The notes: a model not told the origin generated them from the letters alone. Shown: positions 26,301 through 36,419, counted from the stretch's first letter. The stretch: 64,000 bases of DNA from Bacteroidales bacterium (GCA_038325595.1 JBBQJD010000007.1:875-64874); one strand, 5' to 3'. Numbers and translations: made by a program.

Positions 26301-27644
26301 TTAGAATCCTGTGTAGTTAAACGGGCTGATTGCTCTCAATTCTGTTTTCACTTCATCGCTCAGATTGAGGTTATCAATAAAATTTCTTATTGATTCAAAT
26401 GTAACCTTCTGATTTGTCCGGGTAAGTTCGAGAAGTGCTTCATAAGGGTTAGGATATCCTTCTCTCCGCAGAATTGTCTGAATAGCTTCAGAAACTACAA
26501 CCCAGTTATTTTCAAGATCATTTTTTATTTTTTCTGTATTGACAATCAATTTGTTAAGCCCTTTGAGCAATGAATTGAATGCTATCAGGGAATGCCCGAT
26601 GGGAACACCTATATTACGAAGGACAGTAGAATCTGTCAGATCCCGCTGCATCCTCGATACCGGCAGCTTCATTGAAAGATGCTCAAAGATTGCATTTGCA
26701 TATCCAAGGTTTCCCTCTCCATTCTCAAAATCAATTGGATTTACCTTGTGTGGCATGGCTGATGATCCTATTTCTCCTTTTTTTATTTTCTGCCTGAAAT
26801 AGTCCATTGAAATATATGACCAGAAATCGCGCGCCATATCAATGAGAATGACATTTATCCTGCGCATATTATCGAACAGTGCTGCCAGATTATCATAATG
26901 TTCAATCTGTGTTGTTGGATGTGACCGCTGAAGTCCAAGTTCCTCATTAACAAAGTTGTTCGCAAAAGTTATCCAGTCGATATCAGGATACGCCACCTTA
27001 TGGGCATTGAAATTTCCTGTTGCTCCTCCGAATTTTGCCGAAAAAGGGATCTGGCCGAAATATTTCGATTGCCCGTCTATTCTTGCAATGAAAATCTCAA
27101 TTTCCTTGCCAAGACGTGTTGGTGAAGCCGGCTGGCCATGTGTCCTGGCAAGCATTGGTATTTCTTTCCACTCGTCGGCAAAATTTGCAAGAGTTTCCCT
27201 CAATTCATAAAGAACCGGAAAGTAGACATTAATCATGGCATCCTTCAGAGAAAGTGGAATTGCCGTGTTGTTTATATCCTGTGAAGTGAGTCCGAAATGA
27301 ATGAATTCGTTCCATTTTCCCCAACCCGATTGAAAAAATCTCTCTTTCAGGTAATACTCTATTGCCTTCACATCATGATTTGTAATCTTTTCCCTTTCTT
27401 TAATTTTCTCTGCATCCGTAAGATCAAAATCCTCATACATTGATCTGAGAGATTTGTAGTTATCCTTCTTAAAATCAGAAAGTTGGGGAAGAGGAATATC
27501 ACAAAGTGCAATGAAGTATTCTATTTCGACCATCAGGCGATACCTGATCAGTCCGAATTCGGAAAAATACAGGTCGAGCTCGTCAATTTTGTTCCTGTAC
27601 CTTCCGTCCAGAGGGGATATAGCAGTAAGAAAACTCAGTTCCAT
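26301..27644 (-). CDS. purB: Adenylosuccinate lyase
   Basis: Fumarate-lyase signature GSSAMPHKVNP and full-length PurB-like sequence. Confidence 0.93.
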   Translation of the reverse strand: MELSFLTAISPLDGRYRNKIDELDLYFSEFGLIRYRLMVEIEYFIALCDIPLPQLSDFKKDNYKSLRSMYEDFDLTDAEKIKEREKITNHDVKAIEYYLKERFFQSGWGKWNEFIHFGLTSQDINNTAIPLSLKDAMINVYFPVLYELRETLANFADEWKEIPMLARTHGQPASPTRLGKEIEIFIARIDGQSKYFGQIPFSAKFGGATGNFNAHKVAYPDIDWITFANNFVNEELGLQRSHPTTQIEHYDNLAALFDNMRRINVILIDMARDFWSYISMDYFRQKIKKGEIGSSAMPHKVNPIDFENGEGNLGYANAIFEHLSMKLPVSRMQRDLTDSTVLRNIGVPIGHSLIAFNSLLKGLNKLIVNTEKIKNDLENNWVVVSEAIQTILRREGYPNPYEALLELTRTNQKVTFESIRNFIDNLNLSDEVKTELRAISPFNYTGF

Positions 27645-27746
27645 TATAAATCAATTTGATTTTCCAGTTGTTATATTGATATAGACAAAAGTAGTATTTT
27701 AGAAGTTGTAAAAAAACAAAAAGTTTTGCTCTAATTCCATCCTGAA

Positions 27747-28508
27747 ATGCAAGGAGAAAAAATAAGGATCTCAGCAGTCAAATACGCTAATACTTACCCA
27801 TTTATCTATGGTTTAACAGAAACAGGATTCGATAAAAAAGTAATTCTTACAACTGACCACCCTGCAGACTGTGCTGCAAAGCTGATCTCGGGACTGGTCG
27901 ATGTCGGACTGGTTCCTGTGGCAGTGCAGCCGCTGATGAAAGAATACCATATAATAACAGATTATTGCCTTGGAGCTTATGGGAAGGTAAGAACCGTATT
28001 GCTGCTCAGCAATTGTAATTTTGAAAAGATCAGAACGATTCATCTCGATTACAGGTCGCGGTCATCAGTTGCACTGGCACGGATCCTTGCTAAAAATGCA
28101 TGGAAAAGAGATTTCAACTGGAATTTTACAACTGAAGGTTTCGATTTTGAAAATATACCAGAGAATGATGCTATTGTAATCATCGGGGATCAATGCTTTG
28201 AATTTGAAAGGTTCTTCCGGCATAAGATCGACCTTGCAGAAGAATGGTACAAGTTCACGGGACTTCCATTTGTATTTGCATGCTGGACAACTAATAAAAA
28301 GCTTGATGAGGGTTTTATAAATGAATTTAATCTGATTTTGCGGTTTGGCCTTAAAGATATTGACAAGGTAGTGGAGAAATTCGGCAAAACAGGAACAATT
28401 CATGGCAAGGTATTGAAGGAATACCTTACAAAGAACATCGACTTTGATCTGAATGATGAAAAAAGGAAAGGGCTTAAGCTGTTCCTGGAATTTATGAACA
28501 GTTTGTGA
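27747..28508 (+). CDS. mqnA: MqnA-like menaquinone (futalosine pathway) biosynthesis protein
   Basis: IRISAVKYANTYPFIYGL N-terminus and periplasmic-binding-fold length are typical of MqnA/DUF178. Confidence 0.6.
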   Translation: MQGEKIRISAVKYANTYPFIYGLTETGFDKKVILTTDHPADCAAKLISGLVDVGLVPVAVQPLMKEYHIITDYCLGAYGKVRTVLLLSNCNFEKIRTIHLDYRSRSSVALARILAKNAWKRDFNWNFTTEGFDFENIPENDAIVIIGDQCFEFERFFRHKIDLAEEWYKFTGLPFVFACWTTNKKLDEGFINEFNLILRFGLKDIDKVVEKFGKTGTIHGKVLKEYLTKNIDFDLNDEKRKGLKLFLEFMNSL

Positions 28509-28630
28509 TTTTATCTCATTATTTAGCTTAATTTTGAAATATAGAGTTGATTTTTAAGTTATCTTTATAATTGAGAAACTTTAATTATTGATGTGATGTT
28601 TTTTAAGTTTTTACAGACTAAAACCGAGAT

Positions 28631-28879
28631 ATGATGGATAAAACAATCACTTTTAATGAACTCCGGAAAATTAAAGACCAGTTGCCCTCCGGAAGTATGA
28701 GACACATTGCAGATAAGCTGGATCTGAATGAGGAAACTGTGAGAAACTACTTCGGAGGAAGAAACTTTGACAAGGGCCAAAGCGTTGGTATTCATTTCGA
28801 ACAGGGTCCGGATGGAGGAATTGTAACTTTTGACGACACCACGATACTCGACTTAGCAAAAAAAATGATCAACTACTAA
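28631..28879 (+). CDS. Small hypothetical protein, possible HTH
   Basis: 82-aa ORF followed by a strong intrinsic terminator. The segment MRHIADKLDLNEETVRNYF looks HTH-like. Confidence 0.45.
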   Translation: MMDKTITFNELRKIKDQLPSGSMRHIADKLDLNEETVRNYFGGRNFDKGQSVGIHFEQGPDGGIVTFDDTTILDLAKKMINY

Positions 28880-28907
28880 TTCAGTATTCCGATAGCCTGC
28901 TCAAAAA

Positions 28908-28938
28908 AGCAAAAGGCTATGTCTTTTGCTTTTTTTTT
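28908..28938 (+). terminator. Rho-independent terminator
   Basis: Stem AGCAAAAG / CTTTTGCT with a 7-nt loop, followed by T8. Confidence 0.8.
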
Positions 28939-28944
28939 GCAATT

Positions 28945-29772
28945 ATGATTCATCCCGGCTTAATAGTATCTGCAGAACTCAAATTCAGACAGATCCTGGA
29001 AGATTTTTTCATATCGGTTTATGACGAAAAATCTCTCCCTTCCCATGGTATATCCCATCACAGAAGAGTATGGAGCTTCGCTAAGGAACTTCTTAACCTG
29101 CCATGCTATAGTAAATCCTACACTGAAAATCTGGCTGGAAAGCTTATAATAGCCAGTTACCTTCATGATATTGGCATGTCTGTTGAAAAAGGTATGAGTC
29201 ACGGCAAACACAGCAGGCATTTCTCAATAGAATTTCTTACCGGTATTAATCTCAATCCTGAAGATTTTGAGGATGTACTCGATGCTATTGAAAACCACGA
29301 CAGGAAAAATTATCTGATTCAATCAACTGGTAATTCATTACTTACATTACTCTCATTGGCAGATGATATGGATGCTTTTGGTTTTACCGGCATATACCGG
29401 TATACAGAAATATATCACGCGAGGGAAATCAAACCGGAATTCCTGGGCTACAGAATTCAGGAAAATGCAAAAGTGCGTTTTGATAATTTTGAAACGACTC
29501 TTGCAACATGCAGTGAATTTGTGCAAAAGAATAAAAACAGATATAAGATCCTCAATAATTTTTTCACTGAATACAACCGTCAGGCTGAAACGTATTCTTT
29601 TGGTGGATCAAACCCGAATGGCTATTGTGGCGCTATTGAATTATTGATTCAATACATTAATAACCAGGAGAATATTATGGAATATTCCAGGCTTACGGAG
29701 AAATGCCCGAATGACCACGTAATCAGTTTCTTTTTTAAGGAATTGATTTCTGAAATATCAGGATCTGCTTAA
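28945..29772 (+). CDS. HD-domain metal-dependent phosphohydrolase
   Basis: HGISHHRRV ... YLHDIGM (H...HD motif). Confidence 0.65.
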   Translation: MIHPGLIVSAELKFRQILEDFFISVYDEKSLPSHGISHHRRVWSFAKELLNLPCYSKSYTENLAGKLIIASYLHDIGMSVEKGMSHGKHSRHFSIEFLTGINLNPEDFEDVLDAIENHDRKNYLIQSTGNSLLTLLSLADDMDAFGFTGIYRYTEIYHAREIKPEFLGYRIQENAKVRFDNFETTLATCSEFVQKNKNRYKILNNFFTEYNRQAETYSFGGSNPNGYCGAIELLIQYINNQENIMEYSRLTEKCPNDHVISFFFKELISEISGSA

Positions 29773-29798
29773 TATCTGTTACCATAAATTTAAAAAGA

Positions 29799-31256
29799 AT
29801 GAGATCTGATTCTAAAATTCCATCACCTTTTCATACTGATTTATTCAGAAAGGAAGGACATTTGCTGGTGGATACACTTTCCGATTACCTTCAGGAAGCT
29901 TTAACAGGAGGCGAAATGCCGGTACTTCCCTGGAAGGATCCCGATGAGCTGACTGAAATGTTTTCATTCGATTCTGCCGGAGGAAGTAATGAACCACTAA
30001 ATGCCTACTTCAACAGGATAATTAAAAATTCGATACATCTTCATCATCCTCATTACATAGGTCACCAGGTTACATCCCCCCTTCCCGTCGCTGTACTGGC
30101 ACAATTTTGCACCACCCTCCTGAATAATGCTTCAGCTATTTACGAGATGGGTCCAGTAAATATGGCCATGGAGCGCAATGTCGTTGGTCTGTTTGGAGAA
30201 CTTATCGGATACAAACAAGGGTTCGATGGAATTTTTACACATGGAGGAACAGCAGGAAATCTAACCGCAATGCTGGCGGCAAGACAGGTAAAAACTGATT
30301 ATAACATATGGGAAGAGGGTGTTAGAAGTGACGAACGTCCAGGCTTCATGGGATCAGAGCAGTCGCATTACAGCATAGCCAGGAATGTCAAGATTATGGG
30401 TCTTGGTGAAAAATCTGTTGTGAAGGTTCCTTCCGATTCATCTTTCCGGTTGAACACACAATTACTTGAGGAATATAAAAGGAAGGCTGAAGACCGCGGA
30501 ATTAAGATCATATGTGTGGCAGCATCAGCATGTTCTACAGCAACAGGTTCATATGATAATCTTGATCTCATTGCTGACTTCTGTGAAAACCATAATCTCT
30601 GGATGCATGTTGATGGAGCTCATGGACTGGGAGTTCTATTTTCAAAAAAGTATAAAAAACTTGTCAATGGAATAGAAAGAGCTGATTCGATTGTAATTGA
30701 TTTTCATAAAATGTTCCTCGTTCCTGCACTGAATACGCTTGTCATGTTCAGGAATGGTGAAAAGTCTTATGAAACATTCGCGCAAAAAGCATCTTATCTT
30801 TTTAAAAAATCGCAGAATGATGTCTGGTATAACAGTGCTGTCAGAACCATTGAATGCACTAAAAGTGCGCTTGGTATTATCGCATTTACCGCCCTTAAAT
30901 ATTATCGCGGTAGCTATTATGAAAGTTATATAGAGGGCCGATATGATCTCACAAAAGAATTTGCATCTCTGGTCAGGGAACATTCCGATCTTGAAATTGC
31001 AACTGAACCTGATGCCAATATTATCTGCTTCAGATATTTCAGAAAAAATTCGGACAATGAAATATTAAATAACATTAACTCTTCTATCAGGGAAAAGATA
31101 GTTAAAGAAGGATCTTTCTATATTGTTCAGGCTGAGCTCGAAGGAACTCTTTACCTTCGTCTGACAATTTTGAATCCTGTTGTAACGATTTCCGATTTAA
31201 AGAAGTTGATTGAAAGAATCATAAATATTGGAGAAGCAGGAGTGTTAATTAATTAA
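29799..31256 (+). CDS. Group II pyridoxal-phosphate-dependent amino-acid decarboxylase
   Basis: HPHYIGHQV, THGGTAGNLTAM, HVDGAHG and the DFHKMF PLP-lysine motif. Confidence 0.8.
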   Translation: MRSDSKIPSPFHTDLFRKEGHLLVDTLSDYLQEALTGGEMPVLPWKDPDELTEMFSFDSAGGSNEPLNAYFNRIIKNSIHLHHPHYIGHQVTSPLPVAVLAQFCTTLLNNASAIYEMGPVNMAMERNVVGLFGELIGYKQGFDGIFTHGGTAGNLTAMLAARQVKTDYNIWEEGVRSDERPGFMGSEQSHYSIARNVKIMGLGEKSVVKVPSDSSFRLNTQLLEEYKRKAEDRGIKIICVAASACSTATGSYDNLDLIADFCENHNLWMHVDGAHGLGVLFSKKYKKLVNGIERADSIVIDFHKMFLVPALNTLVMFRNGEKSYETFAQKASYLFKKSQNDVWYNSAVRTIECTKSALGIIAFTALKYYRGSYYESYIEGRYDLTKEFASLVREHSDLEIATEPDANIICFRYFRKNSDNEILNNINSSIREKIVKEGSFYIVQAELEGTLYLRLTILNPVVTISDLKKLIERIINIGEAGVLIN

Positions 31257-31258
31257 CA
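31243..31258. promoter_or_regulatory. 16-bp perfect palindrome TGTTAATTAATTAACA (copy 1)
   Basis: Exact sequence read. Overlaps the decarboxylase stop codon. An identical copy is at 38143-38158. Confidence 0.7.
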
Positions 31259-31442
31259 ATTATTGTTATAAGAATAACAGCAAAAAAGAAAAATGCCTGT
31301 CCCGGGAGCCATCAAGTTCGACATTTAAAAATTATTTAAATTTGTATTATATTGATTAATAATAAGATACATTAATTAATACACCAGATTCACTTGATTT
31401 CAACGAATTATAAGCATTCCATCTTATATCAAAACTAACTTT

Positions 31443-31468
31443 ATATGCATATCATCCAATATGCATAT
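31443..31468. promoter_or_regulatory. Twin 10-bp perfect palindromes ATATGCATAT, candidate operator
   Basis: Copies at 31443-31452 and 31459-31468, with a third GCATATGTGC half-match nearby. About 80-105 bp upstream of the DUF2061-cysDN operon. Confidence 0.4.
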
Positions 31469-31548
31469 ATACCTATGAGTTTACCGCATATGTGCCGATG
31501 ACCGGCCGTAATCAAAAGTTTATATTTATGTAAACTGATACGGCTACT

Positions 31549-31917
31549 ATGATTGATGTACTATTAAACAACCCAAGTGAAAAACCCGTTTCCGGGAAGA
31601 CAAAGGTCAGCGACGGGTCGGATAAGCCCTTAAAAAGTATAATGAAATCAATATCATGGCGTATTGTCGGTACCCTTGATACCATGATAATAAGTTATTT
31701 CATAACCGGGAGGATATCAGTTGCCCTTTCAATAGGCAGTGTTGAGGTTTTAACTAAAACCATCCTATACTATTTTCATGAAAGACTTTGGGCTCACATA
31801 CATAAGATTAGATTAAGGCTCTGGAGGAAAAATAATGTAAAGCTTTGGGAAAAAACCAATAGGGACCAATATGAAATTAAACGAGTTGAATCAACACCTG
31901 TCGGACAAAACAATTGA
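31549..31917 (+). CDS. DUF2061-family membrane protein
   Basis: SISWRIVGTLDTMIISYFITG...LYYFHERLW is typical of DUF2061. Lies directly upstream of cysDN. Confidence 0.6.
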   Translation: MIDVLLNNPSEKPVSGKTKVSDGSDKPLKSIMKSISWRIVGTLDTMIISYFITGRISVALSIGSVEVLTKTILYYFHERLWAHIHKIRLRLWRKNNVKLWEKTNRDQYEIKRVESTPVGQNN

Positions 31918-32090
31918 TTGCCGATTCAAAATTCCATGTTCCATGTTCCATGTTCCAGGTTAGAGCGCCAATTTGAGTGAAAATCACAAATGCCGTATAG
32001 ATAGTCTTGGTGAACTTTAGTATCTTGGCCTTGGTGGCAGAAAATTGAGGTATCAGGCATCGGGCGTAAGGCATTAGGAAGTCATGAGGA
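31918..32090 (+). repeat. Short-word tandem mosaic repeat
   Basis: (CCATGTT)x3.5 at 31932-31959. TCTTGGTGAACTTTAGTATCTTGGCCTTGGTGGCAGAAAATT is homologous to 13195-13240. Starts right after the TGA at 31915-31917. Confidence 0.85.
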
Positions 32091-32115
32091 ATCTATATTT
32101 CAAAAAAAAATCTTA

Positions 32116-33030
32116 ATGAAAAACAACATACATATTAATGATGAGCACCTGAAGGAACTGGAGAATGAAGCAATCTTTGTCATGCGCGAGGTTGCTGCCC
32201 AGTTTGAAAATAAGGTGTTGCTTTTCTCAGGAGGCAAGGATTCAATTGTCCTTGTGCATCTTGCCCGGAAAGCTTTCTGGCCATCGAAGATTCCTTTCAC
32301 ATTATTGCATATCGATACTGGTCACAATTTCGAAGAAACACTCAAGTTCCGCGATGATCTTGCAAAGGAATTCGGTGTTGAGCTGCTTGTACGAAAAGTT
32401 CAGGATTCTATTGATAACGGCAGGGTGGTTGAAGAGCGGGGAGTAAATGCAAGCCGCAATAAAGCACAGTCTGTAACATTGCTCGATGCCATAGAAGAAC
32501 TTAATATCGATGTTGCCATCGGAGGCGGAAGACGGGATGAAGAAAAAGCACGGGCAAAGGAAAGATTTTTCTCACACAGGAATGAATTCGGACAGTGGGA
32601 TCCCAAAAATCAGCGTCCCGAATTATGGAACATCTTTAACGGCAGGAAACACCAGGGAGAACATTTCAGGGTATTCCCGATCAGCAACTGGACAGAACTC
32701 GATGTTTGGCAGTATATCCAAAACGAAAATATAAAGCTCCCCAGTCTTTATTATACACACAAGCGCAAAATATTCAACCGCAATGGTTTATATCTTGCCT
32801 GGGCACCTTTCATGCAACTCAAACCAACAGAAAAAATTATCGAAACAGACGTTCGGTGCCGTACTATAGGTGATATAACATGCACCGGGGTTACCCTTTC
32901 AAAAGCTCAGTCACTTGAAGAGATAATTTCAGAAATCGCAGCAACCCGCGTCACGGAAAGAGGTGGCCGCCATGATGATAAAAGATCCGAAGCGGCAATG
33001 GAAGACCGGAAGAAAGAGGGATATTTCTAG
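32116..33030 (+). CDS. cysD: Sulfate adenylyltransferase subunit 2
   Basis: PP-loop FSGGKDS and a full-length CysD-like sequence ending ...RKKEGYF. Confidence 0.95.
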   Translation: MKNNIHINDEHLKELENEAIFVMREVAAQFENKVLLFSGGKDSIVLVHLARKAFWPSKIPFTLLHIDTGHNFEETLKFRDDLAKEFGVELLVRKVQDSIDNGRVVEERGVNASRNKAQSVTLLDAIEELNIDVAIGGGRRDEEKARAKERFFSHRNEFGQWDPKNQRPELWNIFNGRKHQGEHFRVFPISNWTELDVWQYIQNENIKLPSLYYTHKRKIFNRNGLYLAWAPFMQLKPTEKIIETDVRCRTIGDITCTGVTLSKAQSLEEIISEIAATRVTERGGRHDDKRSEAAMEDRKKEGYF

Positions 33031-33049
33031 ATCTGTAAAAAAGCATTTA

Positions 33050-34312
33050 ATGAAAATCAATAAGCAATATAAAAGCCTGCTGAGATTCACTACCGCAGGC
33101 AGTGTAGATGATGGCAAAAGCACATTGATAGGACGTCTTTTGTACGATAGTAAATCCATCTTCGAAGATCAGATGGAGCATATCGTTCAGTCAGGAAAAC
33201 GTCTTGGGCGGGAAGATCTGGATCTTTCCCTCCTCACCGACGGTTTGAGGGCAGAACGGGAACAGGGCATAACAATTGATGTTGCTTACAGGTATTTTGC
33301 CACACCTGCCAGAAAATTCATCATTGCAGACACACCCGGGCATATTCAGTACACAAGGAATATGGTAACCGGAGCAAGTACTGCTGACCTTGCTGTAATT
33401 CTTATCGATGCAAGAAAAGGTGTTCTGGAACAAACCATCAGGCATTCATACATCGCATCATTACTTGATATCAGACATATCATATTATGTATCAATAAGA
33501 TGGATATGGTTAACTGGTCCGAAACTGTTTTTTCAGATATAAAATTACAGATTGGTACTCTGGCTGATAAACTGTCTCTCACCGATGCCCGTTATATTCC
33601 AATAAGTGCCAAATATGGTGACAATGTTGTTGATAAATCGGAAAATATGAAGTGGTACACGGGGCCGACTTTTCTTAGTATGATTGAAACTATCGAAATA
33701 AGAAAAGATAAAAATTCATCTTCACCCCGTTTCCCGGTACAAACTGTTATTCGTCCGCATACCGGTGAATTTCATGATTACAGGGGCTATGCCGGACGTG
33801 TAGCAGGAGGGGTTTTCAGACCCGGAGATGAGGTTACAGTTCTGCCTTCAATGCGTAAATCTAAAATCAGCAGCATTGATTCCATGGGTAAAATATTGTC
33901 CGAGACTGTTGCCGGCGATTCAGTTGCAATTTCTCTTGAAGATCAGATAGATATAAGCCGCGGTGACATGATCGTTTCAGGCAGTAATCTTCCTGTTATC
34001 AGTCAGGATATTGATTTAATGATTTGCTGGTTTAATGAAGTTCCTCTCAAAACAAACGGAAAATATCTGATAAGGATAAACAGCAACGAAGCCGGCTGTG
34101 TGGTCAAAAAAATCAATTACAGGATGAACATTGATTCACTGGAACATGATTTTGAAGATCTGAATGTAAGGATGAATGACATTGCTTCTGTCACAATAAG
34201 AACATCCAAGCCTCTCTTTTTTGACAACTATGCTGACAATAACATTACAGGAAGCATCATATTCATTGATGAAGGGACTAATGAAACCGTTGCAGTCGGC
34301 ATGATAGAATAG
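33050..34312 (+). CDS. cysN: Sulfate adenylyltransferase subunit 1 (GTPase), without a fused APS kinase domain
   Basis: G1 motif GSVDDGKSTLIGRL, DTPGH, NKMD. Start set to the ATG at 33050 (MKINKQY); the track start at 32963 would overlap cysD. Confidence 0.9.
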   Translation: MKINKQYKSLLRFTTAGSVDDGKSTLIGRLLYDSKSIFEDQMEHIVQSGKRLGREDLDLSLLTDGLRAEREQGITIDVAYRYFATPARKFIIADTPGHIQYTRNMVTGASTADLAVILIDARKGVLEQTIRHSYIASLLDIRHIILCINKMDMVNWSETVFSDIKLQIGTLADKLSLTDARYIPISAKYGDNVVDKSENMKWYTGPTFLSMIETIEIRKDKNSSSPRFPVQTVIRPHTGEFHDYRGYAGRVAGGVFRPGDEVTVLPSMRKSKISSIDSMGKILSETVAGDSVAISLEDQIDISRGDMIVSGSNLPVISQDIDLMICWFNEVPLKTNGKYLIRINSNEAGCVVKKINYRMNIDSLEHDFEDLNVRMNDIASVTIRTSKPLFFDNYADNNITGSIIFIDEGTNETVAVGMIE

Positions 34313-34320
34313 TCCAAAAA

Positions 34321-34390
34321 TCCCCTTAACCGCAGAGTAAGAGTGCTTTCGGCCTCATCGTTTTCTTATGCCCTATGTGGTTTTGCAGCT
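34321..34390 (+). repeat. Intergenic element sharing words with other repeats in the window
   Basis: GGCCTCATCGTTTTC is the reverse complement of GAAAATCGATGAGGCC at 63330-63344 with one indel. The CGCAGAGT word resembles 18938-18945. Confidence 0.5.
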
Positions 34391-34464
34391 ATCAGAATAA
34401 ATGAATCGATCTGATTGTGAATCTGTTTTTAACCACACCTGAACAAAGTTAATATGTAAATGTT

Positions 34465-34472
34465 TATTTTTG
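34465..34472 (+). promoter_or_regulatory. Candidate Bacteroidota -7 promoter box (TAnnTTTG)
   Basis: TATTTTTG lies 19 nt upstream of the ATG at 34491. Confidence 0.3.
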
Positions 34473-34490
34473 TAAATCAAATTCTTACAA

Positions 34491-35630
34491 ATGAAATTTG
34501 AAACAAAAGCCATTCTTATCGGTCAAGCTGCGGATACAGCAACTGGTGCTACAATAGTACCTATCTACCAGACTTCAACATTTACCCAGGAAGAAGTTAA
34601 CAAGAATAAGGGATATGAATACTCAAGGGTAGGCAATCCAACCCGTACTGCGCTGGATACATGCATAGCTTCCCTGGAGGAGGGTAAATACGGGCTTACA
34701 TTTTCATCAGGTCTCGCTGCTGAACATGCTATTTTATCAATGCTCAGACCCGGAGATCACGTTATAGTACCTGAAGATATGTACGGCGGCACTTACCGCC
34801 TGATTAAGCTGATACTTGAGCCATATAACATATTATTCAGCTTCACTGATTTTGCCAATCTAGATTCCATCAGGGAGGCCTTCATTCCTGCCACGAAAAT
34901 GGTGTGGATTGAAACTCCTACAAATCCTGTCCTAAAAATATTTGATATTAAGGCAATTACGGATTTGTGCCATGAAAAAAATGCTATTTCCGTAGTTGAT
35001 AATACCTTTGCCTCGCCTTTCTTCCAGAAACCGTTGCTCCTTGGAGCGGATATAGTTGTTCACAGTACAACCAAATATATTAATGGTCATTCGGATATCG
35101 TCGGAGGAGCAGTTGTCGTGAATGATACAGGATACTTTGAAAAAATACAGCTGACTCAGAAATCAGTGGGCGCCACTCCCTCCCCTTTCGACTCCTGGCT
35201 TACGCTGAGAGGTCTGAGAACCCTGGCATTAAGAATGAGGCAACATGAACAAAATGCCTTTCAGGTAGCTTTATTTCTTGAAAAGCAAAAAGCCGTGGAA
35301 AAAGTATTCTTCCCCGGACTTGAAACCCATCCCGGACATGAAATTGCAAAAAAGCAGATGACAGGCTATGGAGGCATTGTTTCATTCAGGATAAAAGGGG
35401 GGTTGCAGGAAGCCAATAACTTTTTCAAAAAGCTGAAAGTTTTTCAGCTTGCTGATAGTCTTGGTGGAGTAGAATCTCTCGCAAATTACTCATATACAAT
35501 GACTCATGAGGCATTTCCGGTAGAATTGAGGAAGAAAATCGGAGTGACTGATAATCTGATCCGGCTTTCAGTAGGAATTGAGCATATTGATGATTTGATT
35601 GCTGATCTTGAGTATGCATTAAAAGAATAA
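34491..35630 (+). CDS. Cys/Met-metabolism PLP enzyme (cystathionine gamma-synthase/beta-lyase/gamma-lyase family), paralog 1
   Basis: YSRVGNPTR, STTKYINGHSD (PLP lysine) and SLGGVES blocks. 379 aa. Confidence 0.85.
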   Translation: MKFETKAILIGQAADTATGATIVPIYQTSTFTQEEVNKNKGYEYSRVGNPTRTALDTCIASLEEGKYGLTFSSGLAAEHAILSMLRPGDHVIVPEDMYGGTYRLIKLILEPYNILFSFTDFANLDSIREAFIPATKMVWIETPTNPVLKIFDIKAITDLCHEKNAISVVDNTFASPFFQKPLLLGADIVVHSTTKYINGHSDIVGGAVVVNDTGYFEKIQLTQKSVGATPSPFDSWLTLRGLRTLALRMRQHEQNAFQVALFLEKQKAVEKVFFPGLETHPGHEIAKKQMTGYGGIVSFRIKGGLQEANNFFKKLKVFQLADSLGGVESLANYSYTMTHEAFPVELRKKIGVTDNLIRLSVGIEHIDDLIADLEYALKE

Positions 35631-35645
35631 TTTATAATTATAATT

Positions 35646-36419
35646 TTGAGTAATATGAAAATTCCTGATAAAGTAGCAGTTGAAAAAACGATTAAAGCTG
35701 TTTTTGAGTCACTATTTCCAGTCGGAGATGATATAAAGAGAGTTGAAATTGATGGGCTGGGAGAAGATCTTAGAATTTACTTTAATGTAATACTCGATGG
35801 TCTGATAGATAATAGGGAAGCTGTCATAGATAAAATTCTTGCTAAGCTTCCATCCATCAGAAAGAAATTGATACTGGATGCTGAATTCATTCTTCAGAGC
35901 GATCCGGCTGCCACTCATATCATTGAAGTTATTGCAATATACCCTGGTTTCTACGCTATCTTTTGTTACCGTTTTGCCAATTACCTGTCAAAACTCTCTA
36001 TCCCCCTTCTTCCCAGAATGATTACTGAATATGCCCATAAAACAACAGGAATAGATATTCATCCTAAAGCAACTATAGGAAGCCCGTTCTCAATCGATCA
36101 TGGAACAGGTATTGTCATCGGGGAGACTGCCATAATCGGCAATCACGTAAAACTCTACCAGGGAGTCACATTGGGAGCTCTGAGTGTTGACAAGGACAAA
36201 GCATCAAAGAAAAGACATCCGACAATAGAAGATGATGTCATACTTTATGCCGGATGCACTATTCTGGGAGGTGCAACAATTGTCGGCAGAAACAGTATAA
36301 TCGGAGGAAATGTCTGGCTGACCGCAAGCATAAATCCTTTTTCGGTTGTTTATAATAAAAGCGAGATTATCGTAAGGGACAGGAGCACTTTTCAGGATCC
36401 CGTAAATTTTATCATTTAA
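35646..36419 (+). CDS. cysE: Serine O-acetyltransferase
   Basis: [21 protein letters not shown]-terminal motif plus hexapeptide repeats ([25 protein letters not shown]). TTG start in the track; the ATG at 35655 is an alternative. Confidence 0.85.
   Translation: MSNMKIPDKVAVEKTIKAVFESLFPVGDDIKRVEIDGLGEDLRIYFNVILDGLIDNREAVIDKILAKLPSIRKKLILDAEFILQSDPAATHIIEVIAIYPGFYAIFCYRFANYLSKLSIPLLPRMITEYAHKTTGIDIHPKATIGSPFSIDHGTGIVIGETAIIGNHVKLYQGVTLGALSVDKDKASKKRHPTIEDDVILYAGCTILGGATIVGRNSIIGGNVWLTASINPFSVVYNKSEIIVRDRSTFQDPVNFII

Noticed and set aside
34313-34490. SAM-type riboswitch upstream of the metB/C-like gene (also considered for 52124..52320)
   Set aside because: I could not find the conserved SAM-I, SAM-II or SAH core sequences or the expected multi-stem architecture by eye. 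This needs a covariance-model scan to exclude properly.
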